A stretch of DNA of 64,000 nt from an uncultured Acidobacteriota bacterium (GTDB lineage Bacteria; Acidobacteriota; Thermoanaerobaculia; Multivoradales; JAHEKO01): positions 288,001 to 352,000 of the forward strand of contig CAVQNG010000001.1 in assembly GCA_963713825.1 (NCBI GenBank). The letters are read 5' to 3'. The notes beneath the pieces were generated by a model. The model searched no databases. It had not been told where the DNA came from and saw only the letters and a list, made by a program, of their open reading frames with translations. Position numbers and translations under genes: made by a program. Below, one piece after another: positions 10,285 through 21,098 of the stretch. Within the stretch, counting starts at the first letter, position 1. Each line of letters starts with the position of its first letter.

Positions 10285-11472
10285 ATGGAGATCCAAGACC
10301 TGATACTTCTGGAAGGCGCCAGAACTCCGATGGGGGAGTTCGGGCAGTCCTTTGCACACTTGTCAGCGCTGGAGCTCGGTGCGTTGGCTGCCAAGGAGAC
10401 CCTGGCGCGAGCAGCGATCGACCCCGAATCGATCGATCACACGTTCGTCGGCAATGCTCTGCAGACATCATCCGATGCTATCTACGGGGCCCGTCACGTG
10501 GCTCTCAACGCAGGCGTTCCGAAAGCGAAGCCGGCGCTGACGGTCAACCGGCTCTGTGGCTCGGGAATCCAGTCGATCATCTCCGGCTCTCACGCCATCC
10601 TGCTCGGCGAGGCCACGACCTGTCTGGTAGGGGGGATGGAGAGCATGTCGCAGGCACCCCACTGTATCTGGGGTGCCAGGCAGGGCTTCCGTCTCGGCCA
10701 GGGCAAGCTCGAAGACCTGCTCATGGCTTCGCTCTACGATCCCTATTGTGGCTGTTTCATGGCACAGACGAGCAACAATCTGGCCAATGACTATGGAATC
10801 AGCCGTCGTGAGCAGGACGAGTTTGCGGTCGAGAGCCAGCGTCGCGCTGCTGCCGCTTGGGAGACCGGGCGATTGGCGGAGGAGGTGTTTGCAGTGGAGG
10901 TGGGGAGAGGTAAGCGGAAACGACTGATCGAGCGCGACGAGCACTTGCGTCAGGAGACGACCCTCGAGCAACTCTCGAAACTGCCACCGGTCTTTGGTGA
11001 GGACAGCGATGTTACGGCCGGCAATGCCTCGGGAATCGTCGATGGTGCGGCGATGTTGGTCTTGACCGCCGACAAGGGAGTTCAGGGTCGCTCAGAGCGG
11101 CCTCTCGGACGGATTCTCTCCTGGTCGACGGTCGGCGTAGAGCCTTCCAGAATGGGCATCGGGCCGGCTCCTGCGATCAGCCTGGCTCTGGAGCGAGCCG
11201 GTCTGTCGATGAAGGACCTCGACCTGTTCGAGATCAACGAGGCTTTCGCCGGTCAACTCCTGGCGGTAGTGCGCGAGATGAAATTGGATCAGAGCAAGCT
11301 GAATGTCAACGGTGGGGCAATTGCTCTAGGCCACCCACTGGGCGCGACCGGCAGTCGTTTGGTGCTGACTCTCCTGAAGGAGCTCCAGCGTCGGGGTGGC
11401 GGCAAGGGTGTTGCGGCGGCCTGCATCGGCGGCGGCCAGGGGATTGCCATGATCGTCGAGGCTTTCGCATGA
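10285..11472 (+). CDS. Acetyl-CoA C-acyltransferase (thiolase)
   Basis: [27 protein letters not shown]. Confidence 0.95.
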   Translation: MEIQDLILLEGARTPMGEFGQSFAHLSALELGALAAKETLARAAIDPESIDHTFVGNALQTSSDAIYGARHVALNAGVPKAKPALTVNRLCGSGIQSIISGSHAILLGEATTCLVGGMESMSQAPHCIWGARQGFRLGQGKLEDLLMASLYDPYCGCFMAQTSNNLANDYGISRREQDEFAVESQRRAAAAWETGRLAEEVFAVEVGRGKRKRLIERDEHLRQETTLEQLSKLPPVFGEDSDVTAGNASGIVDGAAMLVLTADKGVQGRSERPLGRILSWSTVGVEPSRMGIGPAPAISLALERAGLSMKDLDLFEINEAFAGQLLAVVREMKLDQSKLNVNGGAIALGHPLGATGSRLVLTLLKELQRRGGGKGVAAACIGGGQGIAMIVEAFA

Positions 11473-12224
11473 TCGATCTCGCAGGGCTCAGGGTGCTGGT
11501 CACTGGCGGTAGCAGAGGAATAGGAGCTGCCTGTTCGCGGCTGTTCGCAGCGTCAGGGGCCGCAGTAGGCGTGCACTATCGAGCCAACGAGCGGGCGGCG
11601 GCTGCCGTCCTGGAGAGTCTGGAGGTCACCTCGACTCAACCGCACTTCAAGGTGGCAGCCGATCTGGCTGATCCCGGGGGTGTGAACGTCCTCTTCGAAG
11701 CTGTGGAGAAGAACTGGGGCCGTCTCGACTGCTTGGTAAACAACGCAGGAATCTGGATTCAAAATCCGCTGGCAGAGTTGAATGTACGTCGGCTCGAAGA
11801 GACCTGGGCGATCAACGAGCGCGCTGTCTTTCTCTGTGCGTCGAAGTCGATCCGCTTCTTGAGTTCCTCGCAGGATGGCAACATTGTCAACATCAGCTCC
11901 ACCGCTGGGCAGAGGGGCGAGGCTTTCTACAGCCCGTATGCCGCCAGTAAGGGTGCGATGATCTCGGCCACAAAATCGTGGAGCTCTGAGTTGGCGCCAG
12001 AGATTCGCGTCAACGCTGTTGCTCCGGGTTGGGTCGACACGGAGCTGTGTGACGAGGCCTTTGCGGATGGAGGGCGAGAGGCCATCGAAGAGACGATTCC
12101 CCTACGTAGAGTGGCATCGCCTGAAGACATCGCTGGAGCGGTAATCTTCCTGGCATCGCCACTCGCGCGGCACATCACGGGTGAGATTCTCAACGTCAAC
12201 GGCGGCAGCGTCTTGGCTGGCTGA
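11469..12224 (+). CDS. SDR family oxidoreductase (FabG-like)
   Basis: [24 protein letters not shown]. Confidence 0.92.
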   Translation: MIDLAGLRVLVTGGSRGIGAACSRLFAASGAAVGVHYRANERAAAAVLESLEVTSTQPHFKVAADLADPGGVNVLFEAVEKNWGRLDCLVNNAGIWIQNPLAELNVRRLEETWAINERAVFLCASKSIRFLSSSQDGNIVNISSTAGQRGEAFYSPYAASKGAMISATKSWSSELAPEIRVNAVAPGWVDTELCDEAFADGGREAIEETIPLRRVASPEDIAGAVIFLASPLARHITGEILNVNGGSVLAG

Positions 12225-12253
12225 GACAAGAAACTCGACTCCAATTTCGTCTA

Positions 12254-13000
12254 TTGACCCTGAAGACGCCATTGCGTCTCCAAGGAACGTCGAAATTGGC
12301 AACCCAAACCTCTGGGCAGCGACCGAGCCTTCTCCGCGAGCTGCCCCGCGATGAACGTCCCCGCGAGCGACTCCTAGCCAATGGTAGTGCTGGCTTGTCC
12401 GACGTGGAGCTGGTCGCTGTCCTGTTGCGAACCGGGAGGCCTGGACAATCAGTGCTCGACCTGGCGCGGAACCTACTGCGAGCCAGCCAAGGATTGAACG
12501 GTCTGCTGGGAACCGGGCCCCTGGCGTTGCGGCAAGCCGGCCTTGGACCGGCCAAGGCAGCATCCCTGCTTGCCGCGGTCGAGCTGGCACGGCGTTTTTC
12601 GAGGGCCCGAATGGCCGATCGTGAGCTGCTCAAGGATCCACAGTCGGTGGCTTCGTACCTGGAGTTGCGCTACAGCCTCAAAGGGCAAGAGGTCATGGGT
12701 GCGCTCTACCTGGATACGCGCAATCGTCTGATAGGAGAGACCGAGTTGTACCGGGGTACCCTGAGCCGCGCCGCCGTCGAGCCGCGTGCGATTCTCAAGC
12801 AAGGTCTCCTCCGGGATGCTGCCGGCCTGGTTCTATTTCACACGCATCCCAGCGGCGACCCGTCTCCCAGCGCGGAGGACCTCGGATTCACCCGTCGGAT
12901 GGTCGAGGCAGGCGAGCTCGTGGGGCTGCATCTCGTCGACCATCTGGTCTTGGGCTCGGGTGGAGCATGGACCTCACTGCGACGCCAGGGTTTCTGCTAG
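12254..13000 (+). CDS. radC: RadC family JAB-domain protein
   Basis: ERPRERL, HhH GLGPAKA, HTHPSGDPSPSAED, LVDH; start uncertain. Confidence 0.92.
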   Translation: MTLKTPLRLQGTSKLATQTSGQRPSLLRELPRDERPRERLLANGSAGLSDVELVAVLLRTGRPGQSVLDLARNLLRASQGLNGLLGTGPLALRQAGLGPAKAASLLAAVELARRFSRARMADRELLKDPQSVASYLELRYSLKGQEVMGALYLDTRNRLIGETELYRGTLSRAAVEPRAILKQGLLRDAAGLVLFHTHPSGDPSPSAEDLGFTRRMVEAGELVGLHLVDHLVLGSGGAWTSLRRQGFC

Positions 13001-13041
13001 GTCTCTGGTAAGCTCATGTCGTTTCGAGGAGGGAGCCGAGC

Positions 13042-13368
13042 ATGTCATCCATTTCCATCGAGCAGTTCTTCCAGACCGAGTTGAGGGTGGCTACCGTCAC
13101 CGGGGCCGAGCCGATTCCGAACTCCAAAAAGCTCTTGAAGTTGATTGTCGAGCTCGGAAGCGAGAGTCGTGTTCTGGTGGCCGGGATCGCGCGACAGTAC
13201 TCCACTGAGGAGCTGGTGGGAAAGCAGGTTGTGGTCGTCACCAACCTCGAACCGGCCAAGCTCATGGGCGTCGAGTCCCAAGGGATGGTTCTGGCTGCCT
13301 CGGTCGAAGGCAAACCGGTGCTTCTGCAACCCGGTGAGGCAGTGCCTAGCGGCACTCCGGTCAAGTGA
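13042..13368 (+). CDS. Stand-alone tRNA-binding OB-fold protein (MetG C-terminal / Trbp111 / CsaA-like)
   Basis: ELRVATV, KLLKL, VAGIA, TNLEPAKLMGVESQGMVLAA. Confidence 0.9.
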   Translation: MSSISIEQFFQTELRVATVTGAEPIPNSKKLLKLIVELGSESRVLVAGIARQYSTEELVGKQVVVVTNLEPAKLMGVESQGMVLAASVEGKPVLLQPGEAVPSGTPVK

Positions 13369-14168
13369 AGAAGGCCGAGCCAAGCTACGTTACGTCGGTC
13401 ATCGATTCCCACTGTCATTTACAGAGCCTGTCGGCAGACGATTGTCAGGTGGCGATCGAGAACGCCAGGTGTCGGGGTGTATCCGGCTTTCTGGTACCGG
13501 CGCTGCGTCTGGAGGACGCCGACGGGATTCTGTCACTGTGCCATCGCGAGCCTGACGTTTGGTGCGCCCTCGGAGTCCACCCCCACGAGGCCTCCTCATG
13601 GACGGCCGTTCACCAGAAGGCGTTGGCGGAGCTGGTTACCGATCCGAAGGTGGTGGCGATTGGCGAATGCGGTCTGGATTTCCACTACGACCTGTCCGAC
13701 CGGGATGCTCAAGTGTGGGCCCTACGTGAACAGTGGGACCTGGCGATCGACCACGGTCTGCCTGTTGTTATCCACAACCGTGACAGTAACGACGTCATGT
13801 TGGATCTCCTCGAAGGGGCTGCTTTCGAGGCTCTCGAGGGAGATTTCCACTCCTTTGCTGGCGGTCGAGAAATGGCCGAGGTGTTGATTGGCAGAGGGTT
13901 CTATCTGGGCTTTTCCGGTATGGTGACGTTCAACAGCGCAGAGAATGTTCGGCAAGTTCTGCCTCATCTCTCTGTCGAGCGTATCCTGGTCGAAACGGAC
14001 ACTCCATATCTGGCCCCGGTGCCTTATCGGGGCAGGCCAAGTAGGCCTGGTCATGTGATCGAGGTGGCAGCCCGGGTGGCCGACGAGCTGGAGATCGAGT
14101 TCGACGAGCTGTGCCGCTCGACCAGTCAGAACTTCTATCGGCTTTTCCCCAAAGCAGTCGGCAGCTAG
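13365..14168 (+). CDS. tatD: TatD family deoxyribonuclease
   Basis: DSHCHL, GVHPH, AIGECGLD, IHNR, HSF, ETDTPYLAP. Confidence 0.94.
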   Translation: MKKAEPSYVTSVIDSHCHLQSLSADDCQVAIENARCRGVSGFLVPALRLEDADGILSLCHREPDVWCALGVHPHEASSWTAVHQKALAELVTDPKVVAIGECGLDFHYDLSDRDAQVWALREQWDLAIDHGLPVVIHNRDSNDVMLDLLEGAAFEALEGDFHSFAGGREMAEVLIGRGFYLGFSGMVTFNSAENVRQVLPHLSVERILVETDTPYLAPVPYRGRPSRPGHVIEVAARVADELEIEFDELCRSTSQNFYRLFPKAVGS

Positions 14169-14920
14169 ACCGGGTTTGGAATGTCCTCGAAGCGGACCTC
14201 GATACCGAATTTCTGAGCCAGGTGATCCCCGAGAGCCATGATGCCGAGGCGTTCGGTGGCGTAGTGGCCAGCGGCGATGAAGTGCGTGTTGGTTTCGCGA
14301 GCGACATTCATGACCCACTCGCTGGCCTCGCCGGTGATAAAGGCGTCGAGCTCGTCTGCGATGGCGTCATGAAAGGAGCCCTCTGCTGCCCCACTTATGA
14401 TTCCAATGGTGGCGACGTTCTCGGCCCCCTCGAAAAAACCCAGAGGCTCCTGTTGGAAGGTCGATCGGCATCGATCGAGGAGCTCCGAGATGGGGATCGC
14501 CGCCTCGAATTCGCCTTTGAATCCGATGCTGAGGCCAGAATGCTCCCCGAAAGGTCGAAGTCGGGAGAGTCCGAGGCGCCGAGCTGCGATGGCATTGTTT
14601 CCAACCTCGGGATGTCGATCGAGCGGCAGATGGTAGGCGATGAGATTCAGTCCTCCCTCGATGAGCTCAGCCACACGACGGCGCTGGAAGCCAGTCAGGA
14701 CTCTGGGCGTACCCTCCCAGAAGATGCCGTGATGAACGAGGACTGCGTCGGCTTGCCCTTGGCGGGCCCGTTGAAAGAGCTCTTGGCAGGCTGAGACACC
14801 GGTCACAATCTTACCTATGGTCGGGACTCCTTCGACCTGCAGGCCGTTGGGACAGTAGTCGGTTCCCTGATCCGCTAGAAGATACTCGTGTAAGAACGAA
14901 ACAAGGTCGTCGCGTTCCAT
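14165..14920 (-). CDS. Nif3-like dinuclear metal center protein (YbgI family)
   Basis: DYCPNGLQVEG, VHHGIFW, YHLPLD, FITGE, AGHYATE. Confidence 0.93.
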   Translation of the reverse strand: MERDDLVSFLHEYLLADQGTDYCPNGLQVEGVPTIGKIVTGVSACQELFQRARQGQADAVLVHHGIFWEGTPRVLTGFQRRRVAELIEGGLNLIAYHLPLDRHPEVGNNAIAARRLGLSRLRPFGEHSGLSIGFKGEFEAAIPISELLDRCRSTFQQEPLGFFEGAENVATIGIISGAAEGSFHDAIADELDAFITGEASEWVMNVARETNTHFIAAGHYATERLGIMALGDHLAQKFGIEVRFEDIPNPV

Positions 14921-14958
14921 ATTGACCTCGGAGATGGGACTATCGATGCTCATGGCAA

Positions 14959-16128
14959 TCACTCCTCCTCAGTTGGGCCCTCGTAGCCTGACGGCCGTCC
15001 CGCCTGCGACTCCGTCCTGGATACCTGCTCACGAATGACTTCGAATTCCGAGTGGCAGGCCATGAAGGCATCGACGATGGCAGGATCGAAGTGGCGGCCC
15101 CGATCGACCACGAGGCGTCGAACAGCTTCTGCATGAGCCACGGCCCGTTTATAGGGGCGATTGCTCGTCAGGGTGTCGTACGAGTCCGCCAGGGCCACGA
15201 TTCTGGCCGCCAGAGGAATCTCTCCGCCACTCAACCCTCGCGGATAGCCGCAGCCGTCCCATCGCTCGTGGTGGCTATAGGCGATCTCCATTGCCATTCT
15301 CAAGAATCCATGGGTCGCGAACCGTTCGACTACCGAACGCAGCGTATCGCCACCGATCGTGGAGTGAGTCTGCATGAGTCGAAACTCGCTGCTGGTCAGG
15401 GGGCCCGGCTTGCGGAGGATCGCATCGGGGATTCCGACCTTGCCGATATCGTGCAGTGGACTGGATTTCACCAGCTGGTCGATGTAGTCGTGGCTCATGC
15501 GACCTGCGTAGACACCGACTCTGAGCTCATCGGCAAGACGACGACAGTAGGCCGCGATGCGCTCGAGATGGAGTCCCGTTGTGCTGTCCCGTGATTCAGC
15601 CAGCTTGGCCAGAGTGAGCAGCGCGATGTCACGCGTCTCGCGGATCTCCTCTGTTTGCACCTGAACCAGCTGCTCTAGACGGGTCCGATAGCGGTCGTTC
15701 TCGCGCAACAGGTCATGGCGCTCGAGGGCCCGCGAAACGGTATTCGAGAGGAGCTCCCAATCGAAGGGTTTGAGGAGGTAGTCGTAGGCGCCCTCGCGGA
15801 GACAGCGCCGCACGGTCTCGAGATCCTGATGGCTCGAGACCATGACAACCTGAACGTTCCTGTTGCTCTGCTTGAGGCGATGCAGCAGTTCGACGCCGCC
15901 GACGCCTGGCATCCGTATGTCGGTCAGAACGAGAGCTGGATCAGGATACCTTGCAGTGAGAGAGAGCGCTTCTTCTGCCGTGGCAGCAGTGCGGCACAGA
16001 TGCCCGCGCTCTTCCAGGTAGCGCGAGATCAGAGCCCGGATCTGCTCTTCGTCGTCTACGATGAGAACGTAGTCCGACGAAGAGGCGATCGATCGGGGTG
16101 CGGCCGGTGCACCGGAAGAGTCGCTCAT
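14959..16128 (-). CDS. Response regulator with HD-GYP c-di-GMP phosphodiesterase domain (RpfG-like)
   Basis: Receiver (IVDDE, TDIRMP, KPF) plus HDIGK and HHERWDGCGYPRGL. Confidence 0.92.
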   Translation of the reverse strand: MSDSSGAPAAPRSIASSSDYVLIVDDEEQIRALISRYLEERGHLCRTAATAEEALSLTARYPDPALVLTDIRMPGVGGVELLHRLKQSNRNVQVVMVSSHQDLETVRRCLREGAYDYLLKPFDWELLSNTVSRALERHDLLRENDRYRTRLEQLVQVQTEEIRETRDIALLTLAKLAESRDSTTGLHLERIAAYCRRLADELRVGVYAGRMSHDYIDQLVKSSPLHDIGKVGIPDAILRKPGPLTSSEFRLMQTHSTIGGDTLRSVVERFATHGFLRMAMEIAYSHHERWDGCGYPRGLSGGEIPLAARIVALADSYDTLTSNRPYKRAVAHAEAVRRLVVDRGRHFDPAIVDAFMACHSEFEVIREQVSRTESQAGRPSGYEGPTEEE

Positions 16129-16161
16129 GCGGAGATCGACGGAGGCGCCGATTCCTCCGCC

Positions 16162-18390
16162 CTAGTTGCGATCCCGTCGCGGGCCTCGGGACCCGCCGCC
16201 GCCACCGCGACGCTGATTGGAGCGCGGTCCGCGGCCGCCACCGGAATCGCGCCGCTCCGGAGGTGGTCCTTCGTACCCCATGCCTTCGTACTTGGCCGGA
16301 TCGTAGTCGGGGGCCTCCATGATGACGGCCTTGCGAGAGAGTCGAACCTTGCCCTGCTCGTCGATGTTGATGACCTTGACCTCGACGCTGTCACCTTCTT
16401 GAACGATATCGGTCACCTCGCGCACCCGATAGGGGGCCAGCTCACTGATGTGAATGAGGCCGTCGGAACCGGGAAGGATCTCGACAAAGGCGCCATAGCC
16501 TTCGATTCGGCGCACGGTTCCTTCGTAGATCTTGCCGATCTCCGGGGTCTCCGTGAGGCGCTCGATAATCTCTCTGGCGCGCTTTGCGGCGACACCGTCT
16601 GGCGAGGCGATGATGACGGTGCCATCATTCTGCACATCGACCTCGCACCCGGTCTCGTCGATGATCGAGCGGATGGTCTTGCCTCCAGGCCCGATGATGT
16701 CGCGGATCTTGTCGGTGGGCACCGACATGGTGTAGAGGCGGGGTGCGAACTCCGAGAGCTCTTCCCGGGGTGTGTCGATGGTCTGCTGCATGATATCGAG
16801 AATGTGCATGCGGCCGTTGCGTGCCTGGGCCAGGGCCTCCTGCATGATGTCGCGGGTGACGCCCGCGATCTTGATGTCCATCTGCAATGCTGTGATGCCG
16901 TCGCGGGTACCAGCTACCTTGAAGTCCATGTCTCCGTAGTGGTCTTCCTGACCTGCGATATCGGACAGCACGGCAAACCCGTCGCCACTCTTGATGAGCC
17001 CCATCGCCACTCCGGCGACGGGTGCGAGCATGGGAACTCCGGCGTCGAAAAGGGCCAGCGAACCGCCGCAGACGGTAGCCATGGAGGAGGAACCGTTGGA
17101 TTCCAGGATGTCTGAGACGACACGAACGGTATAGGGGAAATCGTCTTCGTGCGGCAGTAGGGGAGTCAGCGCTCGCCGGGCGAGGACGCCGTGACCGATC
17201 TCGCGTCGGCTGGGGCCGCGAAGGAACTTCACCTCGCCAACGGAGAACGGAGGAAAGCTGTAGTGCAAGATGAACTTCTGCCGGCTCTCTCCCTCGTACT
17301 CCTCGATAATCTGGGCATCACGGCTGGTGCCGAGGGTAGCGGTTACCAGAGCCTGGGTTTCGCCGCGCGTGAACAGAGCAGACCCGTGGGTGCGAGGTAG
17401 GGGCCCTACTTCCACCTCGATGCCGCGAATCTGATCGAGGCTCCTGCCGTCGAACCGCGTGCGATTGGTGAGGATCTCCTGTCGCAGGATCTCTTCTTCG
17501 AGCCGCTTGATGATCTGCTTGATCTTCTGTGGCTTGTCGTCGTCCTCCTCGGCTGCGGATTCGAGATACGGCTCGATAGTTGCTGCCACAGCCTCGCGCC
17601 GTTCGAACTTTCCGGTCGTATGGAGCGCGGTGGAGAGAGAGTCGTAGAGGTCAGCTTTGACTTGCTCGAAGAGCTCGGCGGAAAAGGTCTCCGGTGCGAC
17701 CCACTCGGGTTTCTGAACGCCGACCTTGCGCTGCAGCTCGAGCTGGGCTTGGATGATCTTCTGGATCTCCTGGTGCCCCTTGTAGATGCAGTCGAGAATG
17801 AAGTCCTCTGACAGCTGATTGGCACCAGCTTCCACCATGACCACGGCCTCTTCAGTGCCGACGACGATCAAATCGAGATCGGAAACATCACGCAGGCTGT
17901 TGGTTGGATTGAAGACGAGTTCGCCTTCAACGAGACCCACCCGAACCGCCCCTACCGGGGTGTAGAACGGAATCGCTGAGACGGCCAGGGCGGCCGAAGC
18001 TCCGTTGATGGCCAGGATGTCGGGATCGTTCTCTCCATCAGCGGAGAGGACCAAAGAGATGATCTGGGTCTCGTAGTTGTACCCTTCGGGGAACAGGGGC
18101 CGCAACGGGCGGTCGGTCATCCGACAGGTGAGGATTTCCTTTTCGCTCGGACGGCCCTCGCGCTTGAAGAAACCTCCCGGAATCCGCCCTCCCGCATAGG
18201 TGTACTCACGGTAGTCGACGGTCAAAGGGAGGAAATCACGCCCGCTGGCAGATTTCGCCATACAGGCGGTGCTCAAGACGACGGTGTCGCCGCATCGAGT
18301 GACACAAGAACCGTCGGCCTGCTTGGCGATCTTGCCGGTTTCAAAGGTGACGGTCGCGTCACCAACAGTGACTTCACTTTGCTGTTTCAT
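16162..18390 (-). CDS. pnp: Polyribonucleotide nucleotidyltransferase
   Basis: DFLPLTVDYRE, RREIGHG, ESNGSSSMA, DMDFKVAG, KH and S1 domains. Confidence 0.98.
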   Translation of the reverse strand: MKQQSEVTVGDATVTFETGKIAKQADGSCVTRCGDTVVLSTACMAKSASGRDFLPLTVDYREYTYAGGRIPGGFFKREGRPSEKEILTCRMTDRPLRPLFPEGYNYETQIISLVLSADGENDPDILAINGASAALAVSAIPFYTPVGAVRVGLVEGELVFNPTNSLRDVSDLDLIVVGTEEAVVMVEAGANQLSEDFILDCIYKGHQEIQKIIQAQLELQRKVGVQKPEWVAPETFSAELFEQVKADLYDSLSTALHTTGKFERREAVAATIEPYLESAAEEDDDKPQKIKQIIKRLEEEILRQEILTNRTRFDGRSLDQIRGIEVEVGPLPRTHGSALFTRGETQALVTATLGTSRDAQIIEEYEGESRQKFILHYSFPPFSVGEVKFLRGPSRREIGHGVLARRALTPLLPHEDDFPYTVRVVSDILESNGSSSMATVCGGSLALFDAGVPMLAPVAGVAMGLIKSGDGFAVLSDIAGQEDHYGDMDFKVAGTRDGITALQMDIKIAGVTRDIMQEALAQARNGRMHILDIMQQTIDTPREELSEFAPRLYTMSVPTDKIRDIIGPGGKTIRSIIDETGCEVDVQNDGTVIIASPDGVAAKRAREIIERLTETPEIGKIYEGTVRRIEGYGAFVEILPGSDGLIHISELAPYRVREVTDIVQEGDSVEVKVINIDEQGKVRLSRKAVIMEAPDYDPAKYEGMGYEGPPPERRDSGGGRGPRSNQRRGGGGGSRGPRRDRN

Positions 18391-18525
18391 ATCTTTTCCT
18401 GTTCGCTTGGCTTGCGCGGACTTGACCGGTCCCGACTCTAGACTGGGTTGAGCAGCAGTCAGGGACGGCCAGTGAATGTGCCGCCGCGGAGCATTCTCCA
18501 TGGCGCGCACAGGCGCAGGGTTTCT

Positions 18526-18795
18526 CTACTTGCGGATGCCCAGTCGCTCGATTGTGGTGCGATAGCGCTCGAAGTCCTGCCTTTTCATATAGTCGAGCAA
18601 ACGTCTCCGCTGCCCGACGAGTTTGAGCAAGCCCCGTCGGCTGTGGTGGTCCTTGGCGTGAGTTTTGAAGTGCTCGGTCAGCTCGGTGATCCGATGCGTC
18701 AGAAGCGCCACTTGCACCTCGGGAGAGCCTGTATCGTTCTCGTGCAGGCGGGCCTCTTCAATAATCTGTGTTTTGACCTCTTTGGTCTGGGACAA
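18526..18795 (-). CDS. rpsO: 30S ribosomal protein S15
   Basis: [23 protein letters not shown]; TTG start with SD aaggagg. Confidence 0.98.
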   Translation of the reverse strand: MSQTKEVKTQIIEEARLHENDTGSPEVQVALLTHRITELTEHFKTHAKDHHSRRGLLKLVGQRRRLLDYMKRQDFERYRTTIERLGIRK

Positions 18796-18873
18796 CGCTA
18801 CTTCCTCCTTGCTTCTCTAGACTTCTATCTTTCGCAAACAACGCATGCTAGCACAGCGCGCTCTTCGCGCGGA

Positions 18874-19782
18874 CTAGGAAAAAACGATCTTCGGTTGAAC
18901 CAATCCAACCTTGCCGCTGCCGATCCTCTCAGCGACTGTTCCGACGGCAATCAGTTGACCACGACGGTCGACGAGCTTCACCCAATCGCCTTCTTCACCA
19001 TCCAGGTCTCGGAACAGGGCGGACTGACCGTGAATGAGCCGCTTGGACTGTTGGCTGTCCGTTGCGAGCTCAGGGAAGGGGAGTGGTACCTGATCGATCG
19101 GAACCCACCCCTCCGCGGGGGTCTCGTTGGCTTCTGCCTGCAGGCTGAGATGTTCCAGTGTCACGGCCCGATCGACGTCAAACGGGCCCACCTTGGTTCT
19201 TCTCAGCTCGGCGAGATGAGCCCCACAACCGAGGGACTGACCGAGGTCGTGGGCCAGGCTTCGAACGTAGGTTCCTGACGAACACTCGAGTCGGAAGGGC
19301 AGAACACCTTCCTGCAGCGGTCCCGTAGCGGCCAACTCGTAGACTGTGATCTCCTTTTTCGACTCGGGAACCTCTTCGCCGCGGCGGGCCATTTCGTAGA
19401 ACTTCTCGCCCTTGAACTTCTTGGCACTGAAAGGTGGAGCGGCTTGATCGAGCGTGCCGACAAGCTCCTCCATGGCAGTGGTGACGATCTCGGTCTCGAG
19501 GTCGGCGATCGAGGCCTCGGCCGTGACTTCTCCGTGTCGGTCGTAGGTGTCAGTGGTGGCACCAAACCGAATCTCACCCTCGTAGATCTTCGGGGCTCGA
19601 ATCAGGAAGCGTGTCAATCGGGTGGCGCGACCCAGCGTGAGCACAAGGAGACCTGTCGCACCGGGGTCGAGTGTCCCACAGTGGCCGATCTTGCGCTGTC
19701 CAAGGATCCTGCGTACCTGCTGTACCACGTCATGCGAGGTGCAGTCGGGTTCCTTGTCGATTAGGAAGAGACCATCGTGCAT
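18874..19782 (-). CDS. truB: tRNA pseudouridine(55) synthase
   Basis: KIGHCGTLDPGATGLL, CSSGTYVRSL, LRRTKVG. Confidence 0.96.
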   Translation of the reverse strand: MHDGLFLIDKEPDCTSHDVVQQVRRILGQRKIGHCGTLDPGATGLLVLTLGRATRLTRFLIRAPKIYEGEIRFGATTDTYDRHGEVTAEASIADLETEIVTTAMEELVGTLDQAAPPFSAKKFKGEKFYEMARRGEEVPESKKEITVYELAATGPLQEGVLPFRLECSSGTYVRSLAHDLGQSLGCGAHLAELRRTKVGPFDVDRAVTLEHLSLQAEANETPAEGWVPIDQVPLPFPELATDSQQSKRLIHGQSALFRDLDGEEGDWVKLVDRRGQLIAVGTVAERIGSGKVGLVQPKIVFS

Positions 19783-19786
19783 GAGT

Positions 19787-20764
19787 TCAACTCAGTGCCG
19801 CTTGAAGCTCGCCAACGACGGTCTGCCGCAGATCCTCGATGGGGCCGTCGGCCATGTAGCCAGCGGCATTCCGGTGGCCGCCTCCATCGTGCTGGCGAGC
19901 GATCTTCTCGACATCGATGTCACCGTGGCTTCGCAGTGAAACCTTGAACTGGTTCTTGTCCACTTGTCGAATCAACGCCACGGCGTCGACTCCCGCAATC
20001 GAACGAGGATGATCGATCAGGCCCTCGGTGTCGCTGGTCGAGGCACCTGCGCTGTTGAACATCTTCTGGGTGACGATCGCGGTAGCGACGCGCTCGTCGT
20101 GGATTTCTAGGGTCTTGAGCATTTCTCCGAGTAGGCGCAGAGCGGACTCTGGTTGACTCTCGTAGAGCCACTGAGATACCTGTTCGGGGCGGGCCCCTTC
20201 GGTGACGAGCGCCGATGCTGCGGCGAAGGCGGCTGGCGTCGAGTTGGCGAATCGAAAGCCCCCTGTGTCGGTCACCAGCGTCAGGTAGAGCGCAGTTGCG
20301 GTCTCCTGATCGAGGTTGACCATCAGCCCCTGGGACAGGCGATAGATCATCTCGCCGAGGGAGGGGGCGGCGGTGTCGATCCAGTTGACCTCACCGTAGT
20401 GCTCGTTGCCGAGATGATGATCAATATTGATGATCGGCATGTCGGCCAGTTGCTCTTCCAATCCACAGCGATCCAATGTCGGGCACTCGAGGACGATGAC
20501 GCCGTCGAATGCGTCTGGAAACCCAGCGGGTGGCTCGCTGCCGATGTGGATTCGATCGCTGCCGGCCAGGGAGCGGTAGAGCTTGGGTGGTTCGTCTCGG
20601 CTCCAGACGACGGCTCCCTTGCCGATCGCCCTCAGGATGCGAACCAGACCCAGTGACGAGCCGATCGCATCGCCATCGGGGTTGATATGGCTCGTAATGA
20701 CGTACCGGTGTCCGGCGCGGAGCCTTTTGAGGAGGTTCTCAGGTGCTTTCGTGTTCGTTGTCAT
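19787..20764 (-). CDS. nrnA: DHH/DHHA1 phosphoesterase (oligoribonuclease / pAp phosphatase)
   Basis: SHINPDGDA, IDHH, TDTGGF, GGGHRNAAG; rbfA-nrnA-truB synteny. Confidence 0.9.
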   Translation of the reverse strand: MTTNTKAPENLLKRLRAGHRYVITSHINPDGDAIGSSLGLVRILRAIGKGAVVWSRDEPPKLYRSLAGSDRIHIGSEPPAGFPDAFDGVIVLECPTLDRCGLEEQLADMPIINIDHHLGNEHYGEVNWIDTAAPSLGEMIYRLSQGLMVNLDQETATALYLTLVTDTGGFRFANSTPAAFAAASALVTEGARPEQVSQWLYESQPESALRLLGEMLKTLEIHDERVATAIVTQKMFNSAGASTSDTEGLIDHPRSIAGVDAVALIRQVDKNQFKVSLRSHGDIDVEKIARQHDGGGHRNAAGYMADGPIEDLRQTVVGELQAALS

Positions 20765-21098
20765 GAAGATTCTCCAACAGGTCGCTGATTTTCTGGCTGT
20801 ACTCTGGGCCACGGTCGAGTTCGAAGATCAACTCGGGAATGTTGCGCATTCTCTTCAGGTCCTTGGCGAGACAAGAGCGAATGAAGCCCTGGGCATGGCG
20901 CAGCGCTTGGACGCTGGCCTCGCGCTCGTCGTCCGTGCCGAGAGTGGATACCTGTACGACAGCCCGTTTCAAGTCTGGACTGACATCGACATCCGATACG
21001 GATGCCATTCGCACGCGAGGATCCTGAATACGACGCAGGATGATCTGCGAAATCTCGGTCCGCAGCAAGTCCTCCACTTTGTGGGTTCGTCGGCTCAT
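20739..21098 (-). CDS. rbfA: Ribosome-binding factor A
   Basis: IQDPRV, VSPDLK, GFIRS, PELIFELD. Confidence 0.95.
   Translation of the reverse strand: MSRRTHKVEDLLRTEISQIILRRIQDPRVRMASVSDVDVSPDLKRAVVQVSTLGTDDEREASVQALRHAQGFIRSCLAKDLKRMRNIPELIFELDRGPEYSQKISDLLENLHDNEHEST

Noticed and set aside
12254-13000. radC as a marker of a mobile element
   Set aside because: Full-length chromosomal type with N-terminal HhH, set among housekeeping genes.
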